Shown here: piece by piece, positions 23,746 to 35,062 of the stretch
Position numbering within the stretch: position 1 is the stretch's first letter
Layout of the letters: each line of letters opens with the position of its first letter
NCBI GenBank assembly: GCA_013239625.1
Contig: MU053574.1
Coordinates: forward strand, 1 to 64,000
Source: Lama guanicoe
Lineage: Eukaryota
DNA length: 64,000 nucleotides
Reading direction: 5' to 3'
The notes under the pieces: generated by a model
Databases searched by the model: none
The model's input: the letters and a program-made list of their open reading frames with translations, nothing else
Told to the model about the DNA's origin: nothing
Translations under genes and position numbers: made by a program

Positions 23746-24535
23746 TAGAACCAGAACCCGCTCCAACAGCAAGTGCAGAGTTAGAGGCAATGCCAAGTTC
23801 AGAGGATGACCCGGCATGGGCTCCAGTGTTAGAGCCACGCCAGCTGCAGCCCTTGCACCAGCTCCAGAGGTACAAACAGACTAGCATTGCATTGGTGGTA
23901 TAGTGGCGAGCCTAGCTGCCTTCCAGACACCCTAGCATCAGCTCTGGCACCAAAACAGGAAATAGAATAATCTCTAGTACCAGTCTGAACACAAACTATA
24001 GAGGTAGAAGCGGCTTTGTTACCAACTCCTGTGAAAACTCCAGTGATCGTTCTAGCACCAGACCTGGAGTTAGAACCAGCTCAAATCAGAGCCAGGTCCT
24101 GAGCCAGCCTGAGCACGAGTTCCGAGCTAGAGCCTGCGCAAGCCCAGAGCCAGCACCAGTTGCAACAAGAACTCCAGCTCCAACACCAAAGCTATAAGTA
24201 GCTCAAGCACCACCACCTCCAGCATCCAGAGAGGAACCGCTCCATTGCCAGCTCTGCAGCTAGAAGCCGTTCCAGCACCAATTCCAGAGTCAGAACCAGT
24301 GTGAGTCTCAGGACTAGAATCAGCCCCACCTCCTGCCTTAGAGCCAGCTCTTGGAACCCACTGCAGAGCTATGGCTGGTGCAGTTGACCCAGCAAGAGTT
24401 AGCACCAGCACCAGCTCCAGCCCAGAGCCAGATCCAGTGGCCTGTCCACAGCGCGAGGAAGCTCCGACCCCACCCCGGTGGCTGCTCAGGAAACACACCA
24501 GTGTCAGCTCCAGAACCAGAGTCTTCCTGTCCTCA
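23746..24535 (+). pseudogene. Expanded RALGDS Pro/Ala/Glu repeat exon (unit 2)
   Basis: Degenerate ccagctccag repeats; SGLESAPPPALEPA (~24308-24350) vs human VGLESAPAPALELEPAP; interrupted by stops. Confidence 0.7.
23889..23925 (+). pseudogene. 5' half of tRNA-Gly(TCC), tailless retropseudogene
   Basis: GCATTGGTGGTATAGTGGCGAGCCTAGCTGCCTTCCA matches the tRNA-Gly(TCC) 5' half through the anticodon; no 3' half; flanked by a degenerate direct repeat. Confidence 0.8.
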
Positions 24536-24549
24536 CTGGGACAGCATTC

Positions 24550-26420
24550 TTCTCCTGTTTTTGTTTTCTTAAAAATCTTTTCACATACTTTCAGGTTATC
24601 TGTACTTTATGTGTTAACTTTCCTACAAAATAAAGCTTATCTTTTAAAACATATTTAACTGTACAGTTCAGTGGTATTAACTGCATTTGCTATGCTGGGC
24701 ACCATCACCACCATTTAGTTCAAGACATTTTCATTACCCCGAAAGAGAAAGTCCAGCCCATGTCCACTGAACATTCACTCCCCATCCCCCACTCCTCCTA
24801 CTTCCAGGGACCCCCTCCCCAGCAACGCATGGGAATTCCAATTTCCCCAAATTCTCTCCAACATTTGGTGTTTTCCATTTATCCAATTATAGCCATCCTA
24901 GTGGGTGGAAGTGATGGGTGACACTGGCTTGCATTTCCCTAATATCTAGTGGTGTTGCTCATCTTTTCATGCACTTAATGGGCCATTTGTATATCTTCTT
25001 TGGAGAAATGTCTATTATTTTTGTTGCTTGTGTTTATGTTCTTAAGTGCAGGAGTCCTTCATGTATTCTGTACAAGATCTTGATCAGATTGTAAACATCT
25101 TTTACCAGTATTTGGGTCTTCATACTCTCTTGAGATTGTCCTTTCATTCACAAAAGTTCTCCATTTTGATTAAGTCCAACTTATCAGGTTTTTGTCCCTT
25201 GCATGATTGATGCCATATTAAATATACCATTGCCAAATCCAAGGGCATGGGGTTTTGCCCTCATATTTCTTCTAAGATGCTTTACTTTTAGGTCTTCAAT
25301 TTAGGTCTTTGATCCATCTGGAGTCATTTTTTTTATATGGTGTGAGGTAGGGCTCCATCCTCACTCTATTGCTCGTGGACATCCAGCTTCCCAGCACCAT
25401 CTGGTAAAAAGGCTGCTTTCCTCTGTTGAATGGTCTTGACAGCTAAGTACAAAATCAATTGCCTGGGCTTATGTCTTGATTCTCAATTCTGTTTTATTGA
25501 TATATGTCTTGTCTAACTGCTCTTGCCAAACTCCCTTTACGATACTGAAATGAAAAGGCAAAAGTGGGCATCACTGACTTACTCCTGCTCCTAGGGAGAA
25601 AATTTTAATCCTTTCTCCACAGAGTGTAATGTACATGTGAGTTTTTCATAAATATCCTTTACCATGTGGAGGAAATGTTCTGTTTCCATTTTATGGAGAG
25701 AACTTACTAAAACGTTTAGATTTATTCAAATGCTTAAATGCTTTCTTTTACACCAACTGAGATGATCATGTTTTTTATTGATGTGTTGTGCGACACTGAT
25801 TAATTTATGTTGAACAGCCCTTGCATTCCTGAGATAAGTCGCATCGGACATGATGTGTAGTCCTTTAAATATGCCACAAAATTCTGTTTGCTAGTATTTT
25901 GTTTAGGATTTTTGCATCTCTATCCGTAATGGGTTTTGGCATGTAAATGTGCTTTCTTCTGGCGTCTTTGGAATCAGGTTAATGCTGGCCTCACAAAACG
26001 AGTTTAAAAGTGTTCCCTCCTCCTGTACTTTCTGAAGACTTCAGAAAGAATTGGTGTTATATCTTAAAATGTTTAAGACAAAACCCCAGTGAAAGCATCA
26101 GGTTCTGGGCTTTTCTTTGTTGGGAAGTTCCTATTACTGCTTCAGTCTATTTATTTATTATACAACTACTCAGGTTTTCCATTTCTTCTTGAGTCAGTTT
26201 TGGTTGCTTGTGTGTTTCTAGGAATTTATCCATTTCATCTAGGTTAACCAACCTGTTCTATTAAATTGTTTAACGTTTGTCATTTTGTAAATCTATCAGA
26301 GAAAGAACTGTTGGATTCATTGATTTTCTTGAATGTTCCTCTGTTCCATTTATCTCTGTTCTGATTTTCATTATTCGCCCCTTTGTCCTTCCAACTTTAG
26401 GTTTGCTTTGCTCTTCTTTG
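24550..26420 (-). mobile_element. Old L1 (3'UTR-ORF2), antisense
   Basis: T-rich L1 antisense hallmarks (tttggagaaatgtctatt; ccagcaccat; ggaatttatccatttcatctagg). Confidence 0.85.
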
Positions 26421-26425
26421 TCCAG

Positions 26426-27455
26426 CTAAGCAAGGGCATCTTCTCATCAGCCCCAGGCAACAACCAGCCACAGGGCCTCTCTCCCCAGGTCTGGGTTGTT
26501 AGGTAGATAAGTAATTACAGGCTGGAAACCAGGGCACCTTCCACCCCAACTGGCAGTCCAGGCCACCCCCAGACTGTGGTTTCACCCAGAATCTCTTCTC
26601 CTCCCAGGCTTTGATGCCTGCCCATCAACAGCCCGACCTGGTCTCTCATAGGCCACAGCCTTAGGTGTTCTCTGTGCTCTGGGAACAAAAGGACTTGCTG
26701 AATTTTACCAAGGAGCACTGCCCACGGGCACAGAGCCCTACCCACCACCACCAGGCACTGGCTGTGCACCTCCATCACACCTTCCCAGGTTTGGGTCACT
26801 GGTACCTATGCCCATGGGCATCCAAGAGCATCCATCACCCAGTAGGTCTGACAATAGCAAAGCCAGCCCAACCATCCGGCCTCCAGGCCCCAGCATGGAG
26901 CCCAGGGCCAGCAGAGTTCCTATTTCCAGTTCTGATATCAGCTAAGGAGAGGCCCTGAACTCAGCAGCTGGGACACTGCCCATGTGCTCAGTGTGCACTC
27001 CAGCTCCAAAGTGGAGTGGATCAATATGAGCTTTTCCACCTGACGGAGAAGAAGGCAGTGCCCCTCCTTCTTCCTGACAGTCCTTCCCAGTTCCAGCGTA
27101 TCTCACTCCATACACAAAGGGGCCCGAGAAGCCCCAGTTGCCAGAAGCCCCTGAAGTTGGATGCTGGCATAGGGTGTCCTGCAGGGTCTGGGCTCTGCTG
27201 ATCTCCTATTTCTCAGGTTCCTGGTGTTGACATCCTCATCATCCTCGGGGACCTCAGGCATCAGCTCGACCGCCAGCCACCCCTCCTCCTCTTCAGCCCT
27301 CACCGCATCCCTGGTAGCCCAGGCACACAAGTGCTGTGTCTCTGGGTCTGCAACCGCAGTCCTCTCTGCAGCTCTCTGTCCAGCAGGTGAGTGAGCCTGC
27401 ACCATCCGTGTCAGCCTGGACATAAGGACAGCAACAAGCACATAGTATACTCTTG
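26426..27455 (+). pseudogene. RALGDS end of last exon/3'UTR, then Ser-rich exon (~26880-27054), intron, and RA-start exon (~27217-27455) (unit 2)
   Basis: AAG GGC ATC TTC (KGIF) at 26432; UTR paralogous to 22470-22930; FLVLTSSSSSGTSGISSTASHPSSSSA..AHKCCVSG..TIRVSLD vs FWESASQSSPETSGISSASSSTSSSSA..THKRSVSG..IIRVSLD. Confidence 0.85.
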
Positions 27456-27479
27456 GTACAGCCATCCTCCTGGTACAGG

Positions 27480-29425
27480 CATCACCTGAACGGCTACTTT
27501 GACAAGAAGCCATCTCTGGCCCCTCCCTGAGAGGAGGATGCTGGCTCCCACAGCCCCGCTGTGCACAGGAGGAGACTGAGGCTGCCTCCTCATCCTGGGT
27601 CTGTTCTTTGGGATCCATGCTGGATTACATGGATAACGTATCCAACAGGATCCCTCAAAAGCTAGAATTCGACAGGCTGAAGCTCTGACAAGACAGCCTG
27701 CATCTTGTCTCCCTCAACATGCAGGGACCATGGATTCCTTGTTCAATCTTCAGACCCTGTGCTATGTGGTCCAGATGTCCTCCCTACTGTGCACCCCTCA
27801 CCCCTACTCCAGCCTCCCTGCAGCCTTCCTCCCCCAGGGACCCCACCAAACGTCTTCTCCCCTCAGAATCCCTTGCCTGCAGTGCCCCTCCCCACAGCCC
27901 CCCATCGACTCACCTGCAAGGCTGCACTCAGAGGCCACCTCTTCGGGCTCCTGTCCAAGCACAGCTCTTGGGGTCAGACTGACCGAGTTGAAAACCACAG
28001 CACGGCCACCTCACAGCCCCGTGACAGGCAAGCTCATGTGGTGGCTCTCAGAGTCTCAGTTTCCCCCACTGAAAAATGAGGTCAGTGACTCTGACCTTGG
28101 GAGGGAGTGCTGGGGATAAAAGCAGACAGATGAAGATGCCCAAAGTGCTTGGACTCAGGAGGTCACCTGGCCAGGGGAGCCCAGCACAGGACAAAGCTCT
28201 GATGGTCAGCATGGGGCTCAGTGATGGAGAAGAGCAATGATTTTGAGTCTCCAATTCACGGCTGGACTTGGTCAGCCAGAGCTGAGTGACCTTGAGAGCT
28301 GGGGCCACAGCTCACCTATAAAGTGGTGTGAAATCACTGAGTGCCCAGAGGGATCGCTAATAACAGTAACTACCCCCAACACCAACCCACAGGGGTGGCG
28401 GGACCCTCCACCCTGGGATCCCTCCGTCCCTCTTACCCGAGCCGGGGCTGCATGCGGGGGACAGGCTGGACCTGGTGTCTTGGGGCGCTGTCAGAAAGAC
28501 AAAGGGAAGGCAGGTAGAGGAGGGGATGGGGTGGCCTGACCTTCCCCCTGCCGGAATCGGTGTCCACTGCTGCCTCCACGCCCCCCTGACCCAGCATCAG
28601 CACGGAGCTGAACCCTCGGATGAGTCTGGGGCCGAGGACATAGGGGTGGGGGTTTATTCCGTGGCTATCTTATCCCCGGGTCTCCATGCTTACTCGGCCC
28701 AGCGCTCTGCGGCCAGCCAGCCAGCGGCGGGGGGGGGAGGGGGTCTTGGGGGTCAAGGGGAGGTGGGGCCCAAGCAGTTACTGGGGGCTGGGAGTACCAT
28801 CAGGACCGGTAGGGAGAGGAGCCGTCGGCACGGCGCGTGCGGGCGGTGAGACTGCTGGGGCCGCGCCGGCTCCCACGCGAGATCTGGAGGCCCCGCCCCC
28901 TTGGCGGGGTTGGCCGCCTCCCGTCACGGGGTGGATGGAGGGGCGGGGCCCGGAGCGCACCTCCCGGCCTCCCAGGAGAGCGAGCCAGCGCAGCGTCTAC
29001 GCTGAGCCTGTTAAGCAGGTCGTGAACCAAGCCCTCGTGGGACGATGAAGAAACTGAGGCCAGGAGAGAGGCAGGGAGTCGCCCCAGCCACAGGAGGTGG
29101 ACACGGTCCAGAGGACGAGGGTGCCAGCCTCCCAGACCAGGGTTCAACCGTCCCATAGGGTTTGCACTGGAAATGGAAGATCCTGAGATCCTGAGGGTCC
29201 CTGCTCACCCCCTCCCATCGGGACCCTTTCCTCTGGGCATTGACACGTGGGCACACACTCACACACAGACTCACACACTAAATGTCCTGCTGGGGGTCCC
29301 AGTGGACCCTGGGATGTGACAAGAGAGAAGAAGAAAGAGGTTGGAGGCAGCTCTGCCACGGGCAGGGGCGGCCAGTCTCCTGACACTGAGACCAGCCCCG
29401 CAGCATGGGGAGGGGACAGACGAGG
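27480..29425 (+). pseudogene. Copy B of the RALGDS distal upstream/promoter/intron-1 block; retains a CpG-rich core (~28690-29040) but lacks the MMVDCQ exon
   Basis: Colinear similarity to ~44400-46740, including a 29-nt identity gtcagtgactctgaccttgggagggagtg at 28081 and 45016. Confidence 0.9.
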
Positions 29426-29476
29426 TGAAGGCGGTTCTGTGCTGCTTGGACTCCTTCATTCCTTCTTCCCACATTT

Positions 29477-29611
29477 CTTTTCTTTTTTTTCCCTTGGGGA
29501 TAGGTCACTAGGTTTATTTATTATTTTATTTTAATGGAGGGACTAGAGAGTGAACCCAGGACCTCATGCATGCAAGTCTGCGCTCTACCACGGAACTGTA
29601 CCCACTCTCCG
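29477..29611 (-). mobile_element. Vic-1-type tRNA-derived SINE
   Basis: Antisense tRNA-like head with T-rich tail; TSD cttcccacattt at 29465 and 29613. Confidence 0.8.
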
Positions 29612-30199
29612 TCTTCCCACATTTTTTTTTTTTGCAACTTCCCACATTTCTTGAGGGTGTGCTCCATGCAGGCAGAGCTCTAAATGCTGGTGGCATAGCA
29701 ATGAACACATCGTTTGACGAGCTGACAGATGAGGTCTTCCCGCCCAGCACACGTGCCTCCAAGCAGATTTTGTGCTCAGGAGATGATGAGTCAGACAAGA
29801 AGTCTAAGCAGGGCACCTGGAGTTCCACGACAGCTGGAAGAGGACAAATTTCCTGGGAAGCTTTTAGCATCCCACCACCAGAATAGGACTGGGAGAACAC
29901 AGGGACCCCTGGGAACATGAAGCTTGGCTCTCTGCCATGGGGAGAGGTGTAAAGTCCTTTGTCTCTGACCCGGGAATCCGTGTAGTCTTAGGCATCTAGG
30001 AAATGGTGACAGGCTCAGTTAGTTTGCAAGTGGGTCAAATCTCAGCCCCTTCTTACTTCTCAATGCACCAAAACAGAAGCTGCACTCCAGGGCACAGCTC
30101 AGAGCGCTTGAGGAGGGCAGAAAAACCTAAACACAGCTCTTTTAGGAACCATGATATTGGGCAAGAATGAGTTTTGGGCTCCAGCAAGTGCTGGATCAC

Positions 30200-30385
30200 A
30201 GTGGGGCGGTTAAGAGGTTCGCCTCTGCACCAGATCATTCAGGTCCAAATCCTGGCTCTGCTGCTTGCTTTGTGCAAATCACTTCCCTTCTCTGGGCTTT
30301 GATTACCTTTTAAAGGTAGGGATCGGGTGAAGATTAATGAGTTAGTACAGAGAAAGCACTTAATAGAATGCCTGGCACACCAGTG
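30200..30385 (+). mobile_element. MIR SINE
   Basis: aatcctggctctgc...gtgaagattaatgag...agcacttaatagaatgcctggcaca. Confidence 0.6.
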
Positions 30386-30944
30386 TCCTATAAAAGGTTT
30401 AGTGCAATTGGTTCAGCAGATCGGGCCCCAGGGGCAACACAGAGGACAGACTCATTGCTGGTGGGAAGGGAATGGAAGTGAGGCCAGTTCAGAGGATGAG
30501 GAAAGCTATGGATGGGGTACCCTCCACCTGACCCCTGCCCAGCACTTTGGTTCCCCAGGAGGCTGTCAGGCATAACAGTGCTCCTAGAAAGGCGGGGGTA
30601 CTGCTAACAGGGTCAAACTCCTTGTTACCAGGTAGGCGAATCCTCTTTTCCTCAGGTTCAAGAGTCCCAGTGAACCACGTGTTGGAAGAGAGAGGCAGGC
30701 TCTCTGAGATTGGCCAGGTTGGATTTTCTGCCCCAGGGGAACTGGTCTACAGCCAGGTCATCCAAGAAGAGGGGAGATGGGAGGGGCTTGGGGAGAAGGA
30801 GAGGGTGAGGAGCTGATGGATGAGCTGGCAGTGAGAAAGGGGAGCATCTAGTGCAGGAGAGCCTCTAGGCTTCTGGGATCACTTGTGCTCCCTGTCAGCA
30901 AATGCAAGGGGGAAATGAAGTTCTGATTAAAAAGAAGGTGCCTC

Positions 30945-31715
30945 AAACAATAAATGCTGGAGAGGGTGTGGAGAAAAAGGAACCCTCCTACACTGCTGGT
31001 GGGAATGCAGTTTGGTGTCACCACTGTGGAAAACAGCATGGAGAGTCCTAAAGAAACTAAAAATAGACTTACCATATGATCCAGCAATCCCACTCCTGGG
31101 CATATATCCAGAGAAAACTTCAATTCGGAAAGGTACATGCACCCCATGTTCACAGCTGCACTATTTACAACAGCCAAGGCATGGAAACAACCTAAATGGC
31201 CATCGACAGATAATGGAATAAAGAAGTTGTGGTATATTTATACAATGGAATACTACTGAGCCATAAAAAAGAATAAAATAATGCCATTTGCAGCAATATG
31301 GATGGACCTGGAGACTGTCATTCTAAGTGAAGTAAGCCAGAAAGAGAAAGAAAAATGCCATATGATATTACTCGTATATGGAATCTAAAAAAAAAAAAAG
31401 ACAATGAACTTATTTACAAAACAGAAACAGAGTCACACACATAGAAAACAAACTTATGGTTACCAGGGGAGAAAGGGGGTGGGAAGGGATAAATTGGGAG
31501 TTTAAGATTTGCAGCTACTAACTACTATATATAAAATAGATAAACAACACAGGAAACTGTATTCAATATCTTGTAGTAAACTCTAATGAAAAAGAATATG
31601 AAAATGAATGTATGTATATATGTATATATGACTGAAACATTATGCCCTACACCAGAAATTGACACAACATTGTAAACTGACTATATTTCATTAAAAAAGA
31701 ATGAAAGAAACAAAA
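30945..31715 (+). mobile_element. 5'-truncated L1 (ORF2 end + 3'UTR)
   Basis: [31 protein letters not shown] followed by 3'UTR and A-rich tail. Confidence 0.9.
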
Positions 31716-33339
31716 GAACCTCTGAGGTAGGGACAATGGTTCCCCTATATTCTAAGTGGGAAACTGAGGTGCCAAGATCCCTCCTGGCCTGTGAGGAGCA
31801 GCACTGGGGTTAAAGCCGTGTCCCTCCAGCCCAAAGGCACAAGGCTTGGCTGGTTCGGCCTCTTCCTGGAAAATGGAGCCCTGAGCAGGGACGTCAGAGG
31901 CCCTGGGGCCTGGAATACCTCGGCTCCCTCCCCTGCACACCAGACACACTGTGGCCTGTCCCCTGGGCCTGTCCCCACCTGGAACACACGTCACATCTGA
32001 CGCAGGACCTGCACGTGCACACACGTGCACACAGAGTCCGTGAAACGCTGGCTCTTCCTGGGACGGTTGCTGTCTCATGTTTTCTGTTTTACTTGAAAGT
32101 CCCAGCTACCCCACACGCTTGGTCATGGCCCACTAAGCAGTGGTAAGGGCAGTGGGGACCTCTGCCTGAGACCCCCGGGCCCGGCCCTGGGGGTGTCCTC
32201 TGCAGGGCTCTCAGAGACAGGCAGAGATGGCCATCCATGCACATGAGCAGCTGATACATGTCTCTAGTCATTTCCTTTGGTTTCTAGAAGTAGATAAACT
32301 GAACCAAAGGGAAGGGTCTCCGGGTCCCATTGCCGAGTCACTCTCCAGGAGGAGAGTTCAGGAACCTTTTATCTTCCCTCACCCTTTTACCCCGAGGCTG
32401 CCCTGAGGCTGACTTTGTCCTCTCTCCTGGAGGGTAGGAGGCATGGGGAAAACAGAGATTGTCGGCTGGGTCAGCGGACAGCTGCTGCCCGTTGGCAGAA
32501 TGCTGGCATGTCTGCCAGGGCTACAGGGCTGGGTCTGCCCCATCCCGCCCAACTCTTTATTGTCAGGATGGGACCAGTATCCGGAAGGTACACCAGAGAA
32601 CTTTGCAAAAACACAAACTGAGTGAGAAAAACCAATCAGCTGGTCCCAGACTAGATCCTGGGAAACTAGTGCTTGCATCTAAAAATAGTCATGACCTTTC
32701 AGCCAACAGTCACCAGCTCCCCCGGCCTGTGCCAGGCCCCTGCAGACTCTGGGGAAACAAGCCAGGAACTTAGGGTCCTCAAGGGAAATCCCAAGGACAC
32801 GGGCAATGACGTCCACAAAGGACCTGGGAGGCTGTGCCCAGGCGCCAGGAAGATCTGGGTTTGTAACTTCAAGCTGCATCAATGTGACCTCAAGCAAACC
32901 TATAACCTCTCTGAGCCTTGATGGTTGTTCTGTCTTCCATACTGTTTCTCTGTCCACCGATTCCCAGACTTCCAATGGGATTACCTCCTGATAAAAGTCC
33001 CATATGGTCTGTACCAAGTTCCTCCCCAGCCCTTGTTGCTTGGCCCCTTAGTTACTATCAGGGTACCTTCTTTTTGCCCCTCTGAATGCCCCCCACCACC
33101 AAGCCTAAGCAGAGGCCTCTACCTCCAAGGCCTCCAAGCCCTGCGCTTGGTCTATGCTTGGAGACGTGTAAGAGGGTCTCCCTGGGGCTCCTGGAATCCC
33201 TGGGATGAGCCAGGGTCAATACTACCCCTACAGGCCATGGTTGGAAAGTACGGCCAACTCTTCTAAAAACAATAGTTTTTTCCCCCAAACCCTTTCTCTT
33301 ATTTCTCAGGCCCACATCCCCATCCGCAGTGGCCGGACC

Positions 33340-34780
33340 CGCACTTCTCGCCCGGAAGCCGGGCCCGCTGCTTCGGAGACCGCGGCCTAGACGCAGGATA
33401 GAGCCCAGAGGACTCCCTGCGCGTTGGGACCCGGGGGACCGGGGCGGCAGCTGGTAGGTGGGGCGTGCGGGCAGATAGGCGGGGCAGCGGTGAGTGGGCG
33501 GGGCGCACAGGCTGGTCGGTGGGGCTGCGGCCAATGGGCGGGGCGCAAGGCTCCTTTTCCCTCCCCAGAATCCCACCAGGCTCCGCCCCCGACCGGCCCT
33601 GAGTCAGGCCCTACCCAGTGGGCTACTGGAAGTGCGGCGCGGCCGCCCGATTTCTCCGGAACCCCGGCAATCCCTGATTTCCCGGCCGAGGTGCGCCGTT
33701 AGGATCCGTCCTAAGGCTGGTCTGGCCTCAGAGGGGTGAATCTGCAGCCCGCAGGGACAGTCGCGCTCCCTCCGCCGCACCTTGTCCTCGCCCCGCGCCC
33801 GGCCGGAGGAGGAGCAACGAGCAACGCGAGTCCCGGGCCCGCAGTGGTCGGCGGAAGTCCAGGTGTGCGTTCTGGATGCAGATCCCCGGCTGGGGCGGAC
33901 GGAGCTCGGGCCTGGCTCTGCGTCGGCAGAGCGGCCCCGGGAGCCTGGGCCGGGCAGGAGGCAGGATCTAGCCGACGCCCGAGGCGGGGCTTTAAGGGGC
34001 GGACGCTGCGCCCCAAGCCCGGTAGGGAAACGGGTCCGCAGACGGAGGAGAGGGACGGGCTTGCTAGAGGCTACTTGAGTGAGCAGGGGCCAAAGCCCCA
34101 AAACTCCGGTCCGGGGAGCTTTATGTGATCCCGGGCGGATACCCGCAGGGCTGCCGGGGGTCCCAGGCTCACTGTGACCCGGGCGGGACCAAGCGGCTTT
34201 ACAGCCCTTACCGCCCATCAGGGGCAGTGCGTCTTGTTCCCCTCCACCACCAAGACCCCTATAACTGAGGAGGACACTGAGGCTGTGGCGGAGCGGGAAG
34301 GAGAGTGACTTGCCCCGAGTTACCGCCGAGCTGTGAGAGCTGAGGTGCTTTCCGGCGGTCCCCTGGAAAGCGCAGGCCCCGCCTCCCGGAGGAATGCACT
34401 GCTGCCACCCCTGCCCGACCCCCCATCCCTCCTAGGGGTATCGCGGCCGCCCCTCTCTGCGCAGCGCTCCCGTCCTCAGGCCTGGTGTGTCCCCGCTGTC
34501 CCGGCTCTGGGCTTGCTTTCTGATGTCCTGTTCCCCCCGGGAATCCTCCAAGCCCGGCCTCAGCACTGTTGACCTAGTCCCTAGGATGGCCACCCTTTGC
34601 TCGCGGGGTAAGGAGGTTGGGGGAGCCGAGGCCGGGGGCCGATCGTCCGGACCCGAGTGCCTCTCCCAAGGCACAGCTGCAGGCTTCGGCTGAGCGCTGA
34701 GCCTCTGTCCCCGGGTCAACTTACCGGAACTGCCAGATCTGGGCCGGGGGCGGGGCGTCCAGCAGGACGAGGAGATACCC
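33340..34780 (+). promoter_or_regulatory. GBGT1: GBGT1 CpG-island promoter with GC boxes and CCAAT (~33531); candidate non-coding exon-1 donors at 33691 and 33863
   Basis: CpG-dense, several GGGCGG boxes, directly upstream of the exon-2 acceptor at 34872-34873. Confidence 0.75.
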
Positions 34781-34991
34781 GGAATCCACATTCCCCTGGT
34801 GGGGCTACCCAGGGGAGGGCAAGGCAGCAAGGACGGGGCCACTGTTCCCTGGATAAGGAACATTCCTTTGCAGGTGTTTCCGGACCCTGGAGACACAGGC
34901 CCAGAGCCTGAGAGCCCTGAGAGAGGTGGGCTGATTCACCAAGGCACACCCAGTCTCTGCAGGTGCCCAGGCTGAGATGCTGCACCCCAAG

Positions 34992-35062
34992 ATGCATTGC
35001 CCCAGGCTAGCCCTGGGCCTGGGATTCTGCCTGCTGGTGGGCATGGCCCTCTACTGTCTGTG
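34992..35062 (+). CDS. GBGT1: GBGT1 (Forssman glycolipid synthase) first coding exon: MHCPRLALGLGFCLLVGMALYCLW (TM anchor)
   Basis: Matches human MHRRRLALGLGFCLLAG; 71 coding nt; GT donor. Coding exons total 1044 nt = 347 aa + stop. Confidence 0.93.

Noticed and set aside
27103..27618. 171-aa minus-strand ATG ORF (MDPKEQTQ...) that looked like an intronless gene
   Set aside because: It is the antisense frame of the RALGDS pseudo-exon, and the frame is not preserved in the paralogous unit.
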